From a virus (Duplodnaviria; Heunggongvirae; Uroviricota; Caudoviricetes), in the IMG/VR virus record IMGVR_UViG_3300025387_000013, positions 46,520 to 110,519 of that record: a DNA stretch of 64,000 nucleotides; one strand, given 5' to 3'. Shown here in pieces: positions 1 through 12,200 of this stretch (position 1 is its first letter; every line of letters begins with the position of its first letter). The notes below the pieces were generated by a model. That model had not been told where the DNA came from. It ran no database searches and worked only from the letters and a program-made list of their open reading frames with translations. The position numbers were made by a program, and so were the translations under genes.

Positions 1-3000
1 AGATTTATCTACACCACTCCAAGTCTTATCTTCAGATTCAGTTGTAGTACCTAAGAAAAGACTAGTGGATGCATTCTTCTTACTGTCTTCATAAGTTTGA
101 GACTGTAAAAGTTTTGCTATATCTTCTTCATCACTACCTGTAGCAATATCACCAGAACTTATTTCTAATTCTTTTTGTACTTTAGCAACTTCTTCAGCAT
201 GCTTTAAAAGTTTCTCTTGTCTGGTTTCAACTCTATCAAAACCTTTTAATTGATCTATAGGAATATTTTGAATATCACCATTAGCATCTTCTACTTTCAC
301 TGTGCCATCTTCATTAAAAGCAATTACTTTTAAATTACTGAGATCTTGGGCATCTTGATTAAACTCATTAGCTTTTAACTGTGCCTTAGCTTCTGTTGAA
401 GCAAATGATACAGTTCCATTAGGAGCAGTAATTTGCCATCTATCTTCATCAATCTTAGCAATGGTAGATTTACCAACAGAAGAACTTTCGTATTGTCTAT
501 TAAGTTCTATAGGTTCTTGAGCTCCTTCTTTATTAGTGAACTTAGGACCTTCTGGAGCACCACCTAATCCTCCTGCTGGAGCAGCAGGTTTTTCTTCTGG
601 GGCAGTTTCTTTGAAGTCTTTAGTGTTAAATCTAATATCTTCATTCATCTTATTAGCAAGATCAAAGAACTTCTCAAATCCTTCTGCACTTGTAAGAGCA
701 TCAACAGCAAGACTTGCTTTCTTTTTCTGAATAGCTAATCCATTAAGATCATGTCCATATTCATATAAATTAGCAGCATGTTCAAATCCTACAGCATCTT
801 CTCTACTTCCATCTTGACCATTTAATTCAAAGTTCAATATATCATGGAATGTTTTTGCATCTATATTTTTACTGTTTAATGCTAAGTTTATCTTTTCAGA
901 ATTTGTACGTAATGATTTAATTTGATCTTTAACAGATTGTCTTTCTGCTGCAGTCATATCATCATGAATGCTACCATTTAAAAGCTTTGCTCTTTCTTCA
1001 TATCCCTCAGCAATATTTTTTAATACACTAGGGTTTACTATACCTGCTACTAAATTATTATTTAGATCTGGATGAAGCTTATATAGATTCTCTTGGATAG
1101 AACTAATTCTATCATTTACATCCACCTTAACACTACTATAATAAGTTAGGTTAGTTTTCCATTCTTCAAAATTATGATAGTTATTGGTAGCTTCTTTTTC
1201 TGCCTCAGTCTTTGGATTTACAAATCTTTCATATGGATTCTTGAATGTGCCAGAAATAGCATCATATGATTTCTTAAGTTCATTTGCATGCTCTATAAGT
1301 TTATCAATATATTCACTTGTAGTTTGTTTATTAGATTCACTAAAATCTACACCAAAGAATTTCTCAAACTCTTCTTTAGGAAGATCTTTAAGCATTTTTA
1401 ATTGCTCAATAGTATAATCATGCATTCCTGTTTGCAAACGTGAGTTTACAAAATCAAAGAAGTTATCATGCTGCAGATTTTTATATTTAAATATATTATT
1501 CTCTTTAACAGCTTCTTGCATTTCTTTTGCATTGTTAACAGAGTTTAATGTATCACTATATCTACCTTCTAATACACTTGTTACTTTATGTTTATTTAGA
1601 ACGTTTATAGCTTCATTAAGCCTTTGGTCTTTAGACATTCCTTTAGATCTGTCTATACCATTATGAATAGCTCCTGTTACAAGGCCTAACATAGCACCTG
1701 TGAACATTGCATCCAGTCCTTCTGTTGTTCCAAACTGTTGTCCTAATGCAAATTGTGTAGACTTAATCAGTTGATTAACACTATTGAAAGTTTCTTTGTT
1801 ATTAGGATCATTTAAATCTTTATACTTATTTGTATAATAGTCTTCTACTCCTTTACCTCCAGCAAACATTCCTCCCATAGTAAGAACACTCTCTGCAAAT
1901 ATATTAGGAAGTTTAGGTTTAACTGATTCCCAGATTTTACCAGGAGCAGTTTTTGCTCCTTGTTTTACAAACTCATCAAGGCTGCCTTCTTTAAGTCCTA
2001 TTTTACCTAGTCCTTCAAGATCTTGTGTAGCCCCACTAGCCAAAGCTTTAGAAGCCTTACCAAATGATTTAAATAGATTATCAAACTGAATAGCATTAGA
2101 TATATTCAACAAAACCATATCAATACCAAATCTGGTATTCATAGCATTTGTAGCATACTCATGTATATCATCAAGATCTTTTCCTGTAGGATCATTATCA
2201 CCATGAGTTGATTTATATTGCTCTACAAGCTTTTTGCTCACTTCACTATAAGTGTCTCTAGCATCTACAGCACCCATTGTTCTAGCAGAACCATATTGAG
2301 CTAATGTATATTTAAGACCATCTTTTAATTTTGTAGCTTCTGCTAATTGTCCAGATTTTATTACATTTCCAATTTGTTCTTCTGTAAGAACTCTTCCTGC
2401 TATTCTTTCTGATTCTCCTAATGCACTTAATACTTTCTCAACATCATTACTTCCTGTTAAGAATTTATTTAAAGCTAAAGAAGCTTTACCAATTTGATTA
2501 GCAAGTAATGGAATTTCTCCAAGCCCTTCTGTAATAAGTCCTACAGCAGCATCTTGTACAGCAGCTCCAGCAATAAATCCACCAACTATTCCAATGTTCT
2601 TAAATATCTTATCTCCTATAAAATTAGAAAATCCAGATCCGAGAATTGATTTAAATGGATGCTGTCTTTCATAATTAGATATATAGTTAGGAAAAACATC
2701 TTCCATATTTTTCATCCAATCACTCACCTTAGATTCAACTCCTCCATCAACACCACCTGATAAATCAGAAAGCTTACCGCTTTTAATAGCATTTGCTGTA
2801 TCAGGAATAGTCATCATACTTTGAGCAAATGTACCAACAGCACCAACTCCCATTTTAACTAACCCATTACCCATTTGTTTATACCAAGGTTGCTGACGTG
2901 CATACAAATCTTCAAGATCTGCATTTCTTTCATACATTGGATAACGTTTGTTTTCCATTAATTCAGAACCTCTAACAGCAGAGAAAGGTTGATCAAACCC

Positions 3001-3201
3001 TGTTTGAGCAGGAGCAGATCTCATAACACCCCAAGGAAGTCCTCCAGAATTAGAACTAGCAGTATCACCTTGATAGATCGGTAATTTTCCTAAATTAGGA
3101 TCAATTGGTTTTGTATCTGGTGATCTAAGATCTACATCAGGAACTTGTAAGTTACTAAGTTTAACCCCTTGATCATTTATGTCATTATCAAAAATTGGCA
3201 T
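1..3201 (-). CDS. Giant virion protein, partial (N-terminus at 3201, continues beyond window start). Tape-measure-like or ejected-protein candidate with glycine-zipper segments.
   Basis: ATG at 3201-3199 overlaps the stop of the upstream gene as TAATG. No competing ORFs of 60 aa or more on the minus strand across 1..3200, and plus-strand ORFs here are short. The translation has GxxxG-rich hydrophobic stretches (GIVGGFIAGAAV, MFTGAMLGLVTGAI) and coiled-coil-like regions. Not in the ORF track because no stop lies inside the window. Confidence 0.5.
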   Translation of the reverse strand, partial: MPIFDNDINDQGVKLSNLQVPDVDLRSPDTKPIDPNLGKLPIYQGDTASSNSGGLPWGVMRSAPAQTGFDQPFSAVRGSELMENKRYPMYERNADLEDLYARQQPWYKQMGNGLVKMGVGAVGTFAQSMMTIPDTANAIKSGKLSDLSGGVDGGVESKVSDWMKNMEDVFPNYISNYERQHPFKSILGSGFSNFIGDKIFKNIGIVGGFIAGAAVQDAAVGLITEGLGEIPLLANQIGKASLALNKFLTGSNDVEKVLSALGESERIAGRVLTEEQIGNVIKSGQLAEATKLKDGLKYTLAQYGSARTMGAVDARDTYSEVSKKLVEQYKSTHGDNDPTGKDLDDIHEYATNAMNTRFGIDMVLLNISNAIQFDNLFKSFGKASKALASGATQDLEGLGKIGLKEGSLDEFVKQGAKTAPGKIWESVKPKLPNIFAESVLTMGGMFAGGKGVEDYYTNKYKDLNDPNNKETFNSVNQLIKSTQFALGQQFGTTEGLDAMFTGAMLGLVTGAIHNGIDRSKGMSKDQRLNEAINVLNKHKVTSVLEGRYSDTLNSVNNAKEMQEAVKENNIFKYKNLQHDNFFDFVNSRLQTGMHDYTIEQLKMLKDLPKEEFEKFFGVDFSESNKQTTSEYIDKLIEHANELKKSYDAISGTFKNPYERFVNPKTEAEKEATNNYHNFEEWKTNLTYYSSVKVDVNDRISSIQENLYKLHPDLNNNLVAGIVNPSVLKNIAEGYEERAKLLNGSIHDDMTAAERQSVKDQIKSLRTNSEKINLALNSKNIDAKTFHDILNFELNGQDGSREDAVGFEHAANLYEYGHDLNGLAIQKKKASLAVDALTSAEGFEKFFDLANKMNEDIRFNTKDFKETAPEEKPAAPAGGLGGAPEGPKFTNKEGAQEPIELNRQYESSSVGKSTIAKIDEDRWQITAPNGTVSFASTEAKAQLKANEFNQDAQDLSNLKVIAFNEDGTVKVEDANGDIQNIPIDQLKGFDRVETRQEKLLKHAEEVAKVQKELEISSGDIATGSDEEDIAKLLQSQTYEDSKKNASTSLFLGTTTESEDKTWSGVDKS

Positions 3202-5939
3202 TACTTACTCTTTTTTAATATGTCTTGAATTGTTGCAGGTCCAAAATCATTCTGAATATAGAATTGTATATCAGCGGCAGATCTATATCCACCTGTTTGT
3301 GGAGCTGGTATCCAAGTTCCTTTATAATTTACATATGCATTCACTTGAAATCTATCAGTATCCATATCTCCAGTGTTATGGTGAGGATCTCCAACAATAT
3401 CCCATCTCACTTTATTCTCCCATCCACTACCTTGTAATCCAGGTATTTCATATCCTCTATGAGCAGCTCCAAGAGCATCGGTTGATTTATCTCCTCTACC
3501 ACCCATAGTGTTTGTAGTGGCATCTGGACTTGCTAATACAGCATGAAAATCTTCATTGTAAGGATTTCCTTTAGCATAGTCTGGATAGTATTTGGCAAAG
3601 TTTTCAGCAGTGACAGGAATTGTTTGTGTAGCACTTCCTTGATGTACAATGATCATTGCTGAGCCATCATATTTTTTTACAACATTTGCTGTAACATCTT
3701 CTTTAGCATCTCCTGATTTAGACCTCATTTTAGCAAGAGTATCTACATCAAATTTAGCATCAGTAGGAAGATTAGGTAATCCTTTTGAAACAGTGGCATT
3801 ATCAATAGCATTACCAATCAAATTACCCAACATAGCCATGTCACGTTCGTTCTTTGGATTTATAGTTCCAACTTGTTCTTGATAGAAAGGATCGTATTTA
3901 GATACAGTTTTAGCTACAGCATCAAATTTATCTTTTTCAATTTTCTCTACAATAGGGTCTGCAACTTTTTTAACATCTGTTAGTTTATTAAGTACTACTC
4001 TTTCATTAGCAGTTAATGACTGTCCAGATGTTTGTTTAATTAATGCTTTAGCAAGATATTGTTTTGTAGGATCGCTACCAACTTCTTTTAAGAAGTTATT
4101 TACATTAAATTCAGGACTACGGTTTACAGTAGATCCCCCAACAGATATTGTAGATCCTGTACTAAGATTTCTTTGAAAGGCTGCTTGCACATCCCAAAGA
4201 TCTCTACCTGTAGCTAAAGATTGACCATTAGCTCCTGTAATTCCTTTTACATTAGATAAAGATTTGTTTAACTGTTCTTCAAAAGGTTGTGCAGCCTCCT
4301 CAGCTTTTTTTTGTATATTTGTTTGTATAGCTGCTTGTCTTTCGAAAAAGTCTCTCTTATGTACATACTCTAATGCATCTCTATTTGTTACAGCTCCATC
4401 TCCAGATTCTTTATATTTATTATAAATATCATCTAATCCAGAATATGTAACTTTTCCATCTTTACCAACAGTTGGTGTTAACTTGAGAGTCTTTCCATAA
4501 TCATTATTCAGCTTATCAGTATCCTTTAAAATACTAGAAATATTATCCTTTACACTATTTAATGTAGGAGCTGTCATCTCTGTAGATATAGCTCTAGTTT
4601 CAGTAACCATTCCTTGTTCTGGATGTTCTAATTTTAATTTTCTTTCATTATATTCACGAGTCCGTATATCATTAAGTTCTTTCTGTCTAAGAGAAGCGTA
4701 ATCATAAACAAGCTTATTCATAGCATCTGAATGCTGTATGTCATGATAGCGTATTTCTTCTTGAATCTTAGCACGTTCCATATTCATTGCTGCATAAGGA
4801 TTAGCTAGAATTTCTTGTTTATAACTTTGATTAGAAAGATCTACAGCATTTCCTTGTAATAATTTATTTGTGTATTGTTGGTATTTAATATTTTCTAAGT
4901 TAGCTGGATTTTGTAAATTAGCTAGTGTTTTATTTAGTTCTTTATCAAGATCTCCACTATCTAATTTATCTTGATACTTTTTAATATCAGCTTGTATACT
5001 AAGTTTATCACTTGTTGTTAAATTAGGACTTGTTAATAAATCTACGTTTAATTTATTTATCTCCCTACCTATCATTTCTTTACCTAATTGAACATTATCT
5101 GTAGCATCTTCAGCTAGTTTTTTAATTAAAGTATCGCCAGAATGTCCTTGATACTGTGCAGCAGCATCTATTTTCAATTGTTCAATATCATCTGCATTCA
5201 AAGAATCTTTAAACGAATTATACATAGCTTGAGCAGAAACACCTTTTATAGTAATTCTTTTCATAGCATTGTCTTCTACAGGTTTTCCTCCACTAGAAGG
5301 ATCAGTTGACGTTGTTATATTTCCAGTTTTCTCATCCTGTTTAAAGTATAATGTTTTTCCAGACTCATCTGTTTTATAAGGATTTTCAATAGAATTATCA
5401 GGAGCATCTTTCTTTCTATTGTCAGCTATGTTTTGTAACTTCTTAGCAATATCTACATAGTTTACATACTTAGCATTAAATGAAGCATTTACATCTTGAT
5501 TATTTTGATAGCTACTAACTTTGTTACGTATATCATTTATATTATTAATAGATGATTTTCCAGCTTTGTATGCAGCTTCTCCAGTTTCAAGTTCAGTCTT
5601 AGCTCTTTGCGTAGAATAAACAGCATTCTGTATAACAGGATCTTTAACAATTGATGTTGCCATCCCTCCTACAGAATTAACTAACTGTTGATTAGAGAAG
5701 TCTCCAGCAGCAACAGTTTTTAATTTACCACCAAGTTCATCAAGCTTAGATTGTAGATATTTCTTTTGAGTCTCATTGCCAATATCCATTCCAGCCACAT
5801 TATCTATTTGTGTCTGAATCTTTTGCACACCCTGATTGTATTGGGCCTGTTTTTCCATACCAACTTGTACCATAGCTTGTATGGGAAGTTGTGCTACGTA
5901 AGGAGTGAATGGGGTTAATTGATCGGTAAATGATGCCAT
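3201..5939 (-). CDS. Large virion structural or internal protein (912 aa)
   Basis: Long ORF in the late minus-strand operon, contiguous with the giant-protein cluster. No recognisable catalytic motif. Confidence 0.55.
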   Translation of the reverse strand: MASFTDQLTPFTPYVAQLPIQAMVQVGMEKQAQYNQGVQKIQTQIDNVAGMDIGNETQKKYLQSKLDELGGKLKTVAAGDFSNQQLVNSVGGMATSIVKDPVIQNAVYSTQRAKTELETGEAAYKAGKSSINNINDIRNKVSSYQNNQDVNASFNAKYVNYVDIAKKLQNIADNRKKDAPDNSIENPYKTDESGKTLYFKQDEKTGNITTSTDPSSGGKPVEDNAMKRITIKGVSAQAMYNSFKDSLNADDIEQLKIDAAAQYQGHSGDTLIKKLAEDATDNVQLGKEMIGREINKLNVDLLTSPNLTTSDKLSIQADIKKYQDKLDSGDLDKELNKTLANLQNPANLENIKYQQYTNKLLQGNAVDLSNQSYKQEILANPYAAMNMERAKIQEEIRYHDIQHSDAMNKLVYDYASLRQKELNDIRTREYNERKLKLEHPEQGMVTETRAISTEMTAPTLNSVKDNISSILKDTDKLNNDYGKTLKLTPTVGKDGKVTYSGLDDIYNKYKESGDGAVTNRDALEYVHKRDFFERQAAIQTNIQKKAEEAAQPFEEQLNKSLSNVKGITGANGQSLATGRDLWDVQAAFQRNLSTGSTISVGGSTVNRSPEFNVNNFLKEVGSDPTKQYLAKALIKQTSGQSLTANERVVLNKLTDVKKVADPIVEKIEKDKFDAVAKTVSKYDPFYQEQVGTINPKNERDMAMLGNLIGNAIDNATVSKGLPNLPTDAKFDVDTLAKMRSKSGDAKEDVTANVVKKYDGSAMIIVHQGSATQTIPVTAENFAKYYPDYAKGNPYNEDFHAVLASPDATTNTMGGRGDKSTDALGAAHRGYEIPGLQGSGWENKVRWDIVGDPHHNTGDMDTDRFQVNAYVNYKGTWIPAPQTGGYRSAADIQFYIQNDFGPATIQDILKKSK

Positions 5940-6025
5940 ATGAATAGAATTAGCAAATGTAATTTAAAATATTTTACATACCAAGAGAAATAACGATTTC
6001 AGTTAATTTGGTATAATCAGATTAA

Positions 6026-9000
6026 TTAGATAGTTTTTAGAGCTTTCACAATAGAACCATTTCTTGCCTTAAGCTTAGCACCGTTCTTTTTAGATGATGA
6101 TTCTTTAAGGTCTTCATCAGCAGATTCTTTACTACCATCATCTTTAACAAATGTAGGTTTTATTACCACCTTGTATCCAGGATAGGAACCTTTAGCTGTA
6201 CCAGAACCAATAGATCCATTACCTTCTGTATTGAACTGAGTAGGAGCATTAACATTGTAAATCTTTCCATTAGGTCCATATCTATAGTTGTATCTATTTT
6301 CTTCAATTCCTAATGTTCTATTTTCTAATTTGTTCTGAGCAATTTTAGAAGCAATAGATTGAAGAGCTTGTTGAGGTATTTCTTTAGATTTACTCTTAGC
6401 TATAGATTGTCTTTCATATTGTTTATCTAGAATACCTAAGTTTTGTAACTGAGCTTGATTCATCATCTCTCTGTTTCTATTGTAAGTTTGATCAGCTGCT
6501 CCTTGGTTCATTCTAAATTGTTCTCCTAACACTTTATTCTTCATCTCTGCTGCACTAGCCATAATTTGAGCTTGAGCTCCAGGGTTTCTTCCAGCAGCTC
6601 TTATAGCAGCGTTAGATTGTGCATCTATAGAGTTTAATTGATCTTGTAGAGAGATACGTGAAGGTTGTCCTTGTAACATTGGTTGGAATGTTTGAGCTTG
6701 AACAGGCTCTATTTGGTTATTACCTAATGCATACATCTCTCCCATCAACTGATTAGGATCTAAAGGCATTTGATTTGTAGGTCTAGCATAGTCAAATGCA
6801 CTAGAAATAGCATCTGTAATTGCAGTGTTTTTGTCACCTTTCTTTTTATCTTTAGTTGAGAAAACACCAGGAAGAGGACCTTGATCATCTATTAAATTAC
6901 CAGCCTTATCGTAATAATTACCATCTATTTGTTTAATGTTTCTTGGAGAAGATGTAATATTTACATCTGGTAAAACCCCTGGTTGATAAGGAATAGTTGT
7001 ATAATTATCATCTTGTAATAATCTTGGGACAATAGTAGAAATATCAAATTTAGGAGAGTTGCTTGGAGCAAGAACACCATCTTGGGCTTTATTAAGCTTA
7101 GCTCCCATTTTAGCTTGTTTTAAATTTCCTTTCATAACATCTTTATTAAACTTATCAGAGTCTTCATATCCATATTCTTTGGCTGTATCTAGAATAGCAT
7201 TCTGAACATGTGCTGCAGCTTTTAGTTTTTCTGCATTAGCTTTTTGTTTTGCTGTAGCTCCCATCAACATAGCCTTACCAGAATTCAAAGCAAGCTGATC
7301 AAATGGTGTATTTTCACCTGAGTTGTTTACAATACTTGTAGCTCTATTTATAATTTGATTTTGTTTCTTATCGTTCTTAGCTATATCAGTAGCATAGTGT
7401 TTGAACTTTCTTCCTTCTGCTAATTTATCACCTATCTCATCAATTGCCCATTTAGGAATCTGCATATTACCATATACTACAGCATCTCCATCTGTATTTC
7501 CACCATCTTCAAATTTAGGTATTTTAACAACAGGTTCTCCACCTTCCACTTCTATCTGATTGTTTCCAAATCTTGTAGGCATTCCTCCATCATCATGAGA
7601 AGGTCCTCTAAATATGTTTAGCTCTCCTAGATATGGATTGTGAGAAAGAGTTTCAATCTTACCACGTCCTACTTCTAGGTCACCACCCATAGCTAATTGC
7701 GAACCATCTTCAGCAATAGGCATCAATGGTCTTTCTGTAGAAAGAGCTCTTGCACTTGGGGCTACATAATCTTCTTTTAAATGTCCACCACTTCTTAGCA
7801 TATCTGCATCATGTGGAGGTTGTAAAAGATCTTTAAGAGAATATTCTCCAAACTTAGTAATGGTTTGTGGTTGCCATGTATGACTGTTCCATTTATATTC
7901 ATCTCCTACATCTCCACCATTTCTTAAACTTGCAGAATTTGCAGCTTGCATCATTTTTGCCCCAGCAGCCACAGCAGCTCTTTGTGTATTCTGTGTTGTT
8001 TGGTTTTGATAGTTTGCTAATTTTCTAGCATCATCATCACCACCGAATATATTACCTGCACCAGTTCCTAATAGTCCACCAACAACTCCACCAATAGGAC
8101 CAAAGAACGCAGAACCTACAGCACTACCTATTCCTTTACCAATACTAGCTTGTCCTGAAGATTGAAAGAAATCACTAAATCCAAAATCAGCTTTTGGCAA
8201 TTCACCACCCTCTTCGTATTGTTTAGGAGAACTTTCATTTAAAGGTTCATAACCAAGATCATTATATAGGTTGTTAGGAGCATAAGTGTTTTGTATCTCT
8301 GTTGGATTACCGCTTATTCTAGTTCCATATTGAGCTAAATAGTTTGTTCCTACACCTGTAGGACTTCCTAATTGTCCAGGTTGTACTAATTGATCTTCAG
8401 GTCGTACATATCTATTCTGTTGTTTCTGAGCACGACTACCAGCAGCTTGAGCTGTTAATGCAGAGATGTCAGCTGTTTGTTCAGCACCTAATATGTTTTG
8501 TTTTTGCTGTTTCATTTGTCCAATCCCCTGTAGAATTTGAGGAGCAGCATTTAATACACCAAGTCCAGCAGCTCCAGCACTTCCAGCAAAACTTTTACCA
8601 GCACCACCCATAATTTTATCTGCACTACCAGCACCACCAAATATATTTGCAAGTTCATTACCTACACCACCTTGTTTCTGCGTAGCTGTGCCAAGAGCAG
8701 TTCCAAATGATGTAAGATCAAAACCAGACTGAGCTTTCTTTAACCTCTTACCATTCTTACCAAAAGCTGCAGCTCCTATTTCACTTCCTGCATCTTGAAG
8801 AGCACTATTTGTTGCAGCTGTTTTAGCCTGTGAAGCAAATGTATTTAGCAATGAACCAATACCACTACCAGCATTACTAGCAGTAGCATTACGTTGCATA
8901 GCTGCTTGCATGGCTGCTTCTTTCTGTTGCTCATCATATTGAGCTCTACTAACACCAGTGTTTGTAGCTTGAGCATTTGCTAATAGATCATTGAAGGCCA

Positions 9001-9193
9001 TACCGTTCTGAGCAATAGGAGGATTACCAAAATCTGTAAGCTGATGTAACTGTGTGTTTACCATCTTAGTACCCATCTCAGCTTTCTTGAAAGCTTTACC
9101 ATGAGCTTTCATGAATGCCTCTTCTGTAGGGTATTTCTTATAGAAGGCTTTTTCATCCTTCACCTTGGCCATCTTTAAAATTTGATCTTTCAT
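6026..9193 (-). CDS. Giant Gly-rich virion protein (1055 aa), tape-measure-like or internal protein
   Basis: Long ORF with many Gly-rich GxxxG tracts (GGAGSADKIMGGAGKSFAGSAGAAGLG; IGGVVGGLLGTGAGNIFGG). Lies in the structural operon. Confidence 0.55.
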   Translation of the reverse strand: MKDQILKMAKVKDEKAFYKKYPTEEAFMKAHGKAFKKAEMGTKMVNTQLHQLTDFGNPPIAQNGMAFNDLLANAQATNTGVSRAQYDEQQKEAAMQAAMQRNATASNAGSGIGSLLNTFASQAKTAATNSALQDAGSEIGAAAFGKNGKRLKKAQSGFDLTSFGTALGTATQKQGGVGNELANIFGGAGSADKIMGGAGKSFAGSAGAAGLGVLNAAPQILQGIGQMKQQKQNILGAEQTADISALTAQAAGSRAQKQQNRYVRPEDQLVQPGQLGSPTGVGTNYLAQYGTRISGNPTEIQNTYAPNNLYNDLGYEPLNESSPKQYEEGGELPKADFGFSDFFQSSGQASIGKGIGSAVGSAFFGPIGGVVGGLLGTGAGNIFGGDDDARKLANYQNQTTQNTQRAAVAAGAKMMQAANSASLRNGGDVGDEYKWNSHTWQPQTITKFGEYSLKDLLQPPHDADMLRSGGHLKEDYVAPSARALSTERPLMPIAEDGSQLAMGGDLEVGRGKIETLSHNPYLGELNIFRGPSHDDGGMPTRFGNNQIEVEGGEPVVKIPKFEDGGNTDGDAVVYGNMQIPKWAIDEIGDKLAEGRKFKHYATDIAKNDKKQNQIINRATSIVNNSGENTPFDQLALNSGKAMLMGATAKQKANAEKLKAAAHVQNAILDTAKEYGYEDSDKFNKDVMKGNLKQAKMGAKLNKAQDGVLAPSNSPKFDISTIVPRLLQDDNYTTIPYQPGVLPDVNITSSPRNIKQIDGNYYDKAGNLIDDQGPLPGVFSTKDKKKGDKNTAITDAISSAFDYARPTNQMPLDPNQLMGEMYALGNNQIEPVQAQTFQPMLQGQPSRISLQDQLNSIDAQSNAAIRAAGRNPGAQAQIMASAAEMKNKVLGEQFRMNQGAADQTYNRNREMMNQAQLQNLGILDKQYERQSIAKSKSKEIPQQALQSIASKIAQNKLENRTLGIEENRYNYRYGPNGKIYNVNAPTQFNTEGNGSIGSGTAKGSYPGYKVVIKPTFVKDDGSKESADEDLKESSSKKNGAKLKARNGSIVKALKTI

Positions 9194-9211
9194 ATCTTGT
9201 ATTTGTATGAT

Positions 9212-12200
9212 TTATTTATATTTATCTAACCAACCACCATTTTTCTTTTCTTTAACTCCATATTGTGGAAGTACAACATGTTCTCCTTTAATATAAGGTC
9301 TTTGTATATTTTTTGGAATAACTCCTCTTTTAATTTGTTCATCTAATTCTGAATTTAGATATTTTGCAACCTCTTCAGGTTCATATCCATATCCTGATAA
9401 ATAACCCATTGTATTCATAGGTCTATATCCAAGAAATTGAGGACTTCCTTTATCATATTTGAAAACTTGTTTCATTTGGGGTAACCAAGAACTATGTGAA
9501 GTGTTTGTACTTCCTGTAAATACATCTCCAGAATTTATTCCTTCTGGAGCAAAGTTAACTTTTTTAGAAATATTTTTCAAACTACCTTCTGAACCTAACA
9601 TAAGAAGAGGTACTTTCTGTTGAACTTCTCCTGAATACGAAGGGTAGTCTTGTATTAAATTGTTTACAAATTCATTAATATTTTTTCTAGGTATAAGTTT
9701 ACTAGGTACACTAGCTATTTTAGGAATAATATTATCTGTTTTTCTAGGAGTAAATGGTTCTGGTCTAAAATCTCTAATTGCTTCATTAAGAATGTTTCTA
9801 ACTCTTTCACTTCTATCTACTCCTGATATAGGATCTATATAAGATTGTATTCTGGGTGCTCTGGCTCCATCTATTTCTTCATCTAAAGCATTCCATTCAG
9901 GAGTACCTGGTTGGTGACCATTTATAGGTCTTCTATAATATGGAATAACAGGGTCATTTGAAACATCTACAAAATCTCTATCAATATCAGAATCAGGACC
10001 TGTAGGAATAGTTCTTGATGGTTCTGATCTACTTAAGTTAAGTCTACTTCTTATTTCAGCACTTCTTGTAGCGTCTTGTTCTCCAAATCCTGAATTTAAT
10101 AAATTTTGTGCTTCTTCTCTTGATTTACCAAATACTTTCTGAAAATGATTTTCTGGAAGTTTATTTTCTAAAGCATATTTCATTTGATCTGATAGAGAAG
10201 ATCTTGTTGATTTCAATCTTCCAATTTCTTGAACCTGTCTAAGAGCTTTTACATCTTCTATACCCATTCTTGGTAATGTACTTTCTAAAGGAATTCCTCC
10301 AATACGACCAATTGCTTCTTTTATATTTTTTGCTCTTGGTAAATCACTTGCTATAGCTCCTAATTCTTTTATTGAGTTAGATGCTCCAGGAATCTCAGAT
10401 AATGCAGGAAGTATACTTAAGGTATTTGCTCCTGCTTGTAATAATTCTCCTCTACTAATATTTCCAGGTATTTTATTAATAGCATCTATATAATTTACTG
10501 GATTAACTATATCGGTAGCATGTTCTAATATATTTCTAGGTCCTCTGTCAAAATGTTCAGGAATATTTTTTCCTTTTACTTTATATTCTAAAGCAGTCAT
10601 TGGATTCTTAGCTATAGCCCAAGCTTTATCTACAGCTGATCTAGGTTCTTCTATTTTAGATATAGTAGCTCTATTATTAAATTTATTTTGATTTTCAATA
10701 TTTTTTTCAAGAGTTAATCTATTTTCTATATCAGATTGAGAAGGAGTTCCTGGCTGTGTTTCATATTTACCTAACCAACCATTTTGTGCCTGTGGATACT
10801 CTGTCACCTTCTTACCTTTGAACTTATAATCTTTTCCAGGCTTCATAAGCTTTGTATCCCCTGTGTCACTAACACCAAGAACAGGATAATCCACTCCTTG
10901 CATTGTGATGTTGTTAGAACCTATCTCTGTTATCTCTCCTGGATGTGCCCATTGACCTCTGTCATCTTTTATAACAGAACCATTCTCACTAATTGTTTTA
11001 GGAGTCCAATCAAGACTGTTCTGATAGAATTTCATTTCTCCACCATTCTGAAATGCAGGAGTGTTCTCTACAATAGTCCTAATTCTAGGATCTTTCTTAA
11101 TGATATTATCTCTAACATCCACCACTCTATTTCCATAAACAGGATTTTTATTCATGTTTATTGGATGTTTGCTAACATCTATACCATAGTAAAACTTAGT
11201 GTTGTCTTCACTCTTTGGTGTAATATGTCCATATCCATTCCAAGATTGAAGAACATCAGCGTCACCTTTTTTAAGGAGATGTTTCTGTGCATAATTTGTT
11301 TTTTGACCAAGCATGTCCATAAACATATCAACTTGATCACCCTTATACTTTGTATTTAATTTTTCAAAGTTATCATCATAAGCTCTACTTAAATGAAAAG
11401 GATTTTCTGGACCAGCTTCACTATTACCAATCCCACTTTCTTCATAAGCCATACCTAAAGCTGTATAAGGATCTTTACCAAATTTTTTAGCTGAACCTAC
11501 TATTTTTTTAACAAGATTAGTATCAATTCCTTTTTCATATTCTAGTTTATTTTGATCAGTGATAGGATTACCAGAAGCTTTATCAATCTTTCTAGTGTCC
11601 TTTATCTCAAGAATAGGATGTACTAATGGTGATGCTGTTGGGTCAAATTGATCATTAAATTGATAGCCTGAACCTTTGAATTTTGTAGCATCCATAAATG
11701 TACCATTCTGTGCAGAAGCTTTTGTCTTCTTAGCATATTTACCATTAGAAGGAGCAGGGTTCTGTGTACGTGCGTACATCATTCCTGTTGCTCCTGGTAG
11801 AGAACCACCCATTTGAAACTGTCCACCCCATGCAGGAGAATAATCTCTACCCTTTGTGTTATATCCAAGACCTACAAAATCAGGACCTGTAGAAACTTGA
11901 GCATCATTGTAATTACCATGTTTACCATAGTTGTCTGCTTTCTTTTCTAATAACCTACCACCTTGTTCAAACCTATCTAACCATCCACCATTCTCTTTCT
12001 TAGGTTCATCTTTTAGCTGTTGAAACTTTTTTGTAGTGTTATCGGTCCAATGACCATCTGTAGCTTCAAGGGCTTTGAATGCTCTTGTCACTTTACTATG
12101 TGTAATTATATCATCACTCTTAGGAGCAGCTTTTACCATCTCATAAGCTTTCTCCATTCTATCTTTAAAACTATCAAATGACTCTCCACCAGGAACAGCT

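Noticed and set aside
10784-11359. Plus-strand 191-aa ORF and other 60-110 aa plus-strand ORFs embedded in the minus-strand late operon (for example 3179..3508, 17657..17965, 23124..23342, 28915..29232, 31083..31481)
   Set aside because: They lie antisense within long, well-supported minus-strand genes and have low-complexity or hydrophobic junk translations. Likely spurious.
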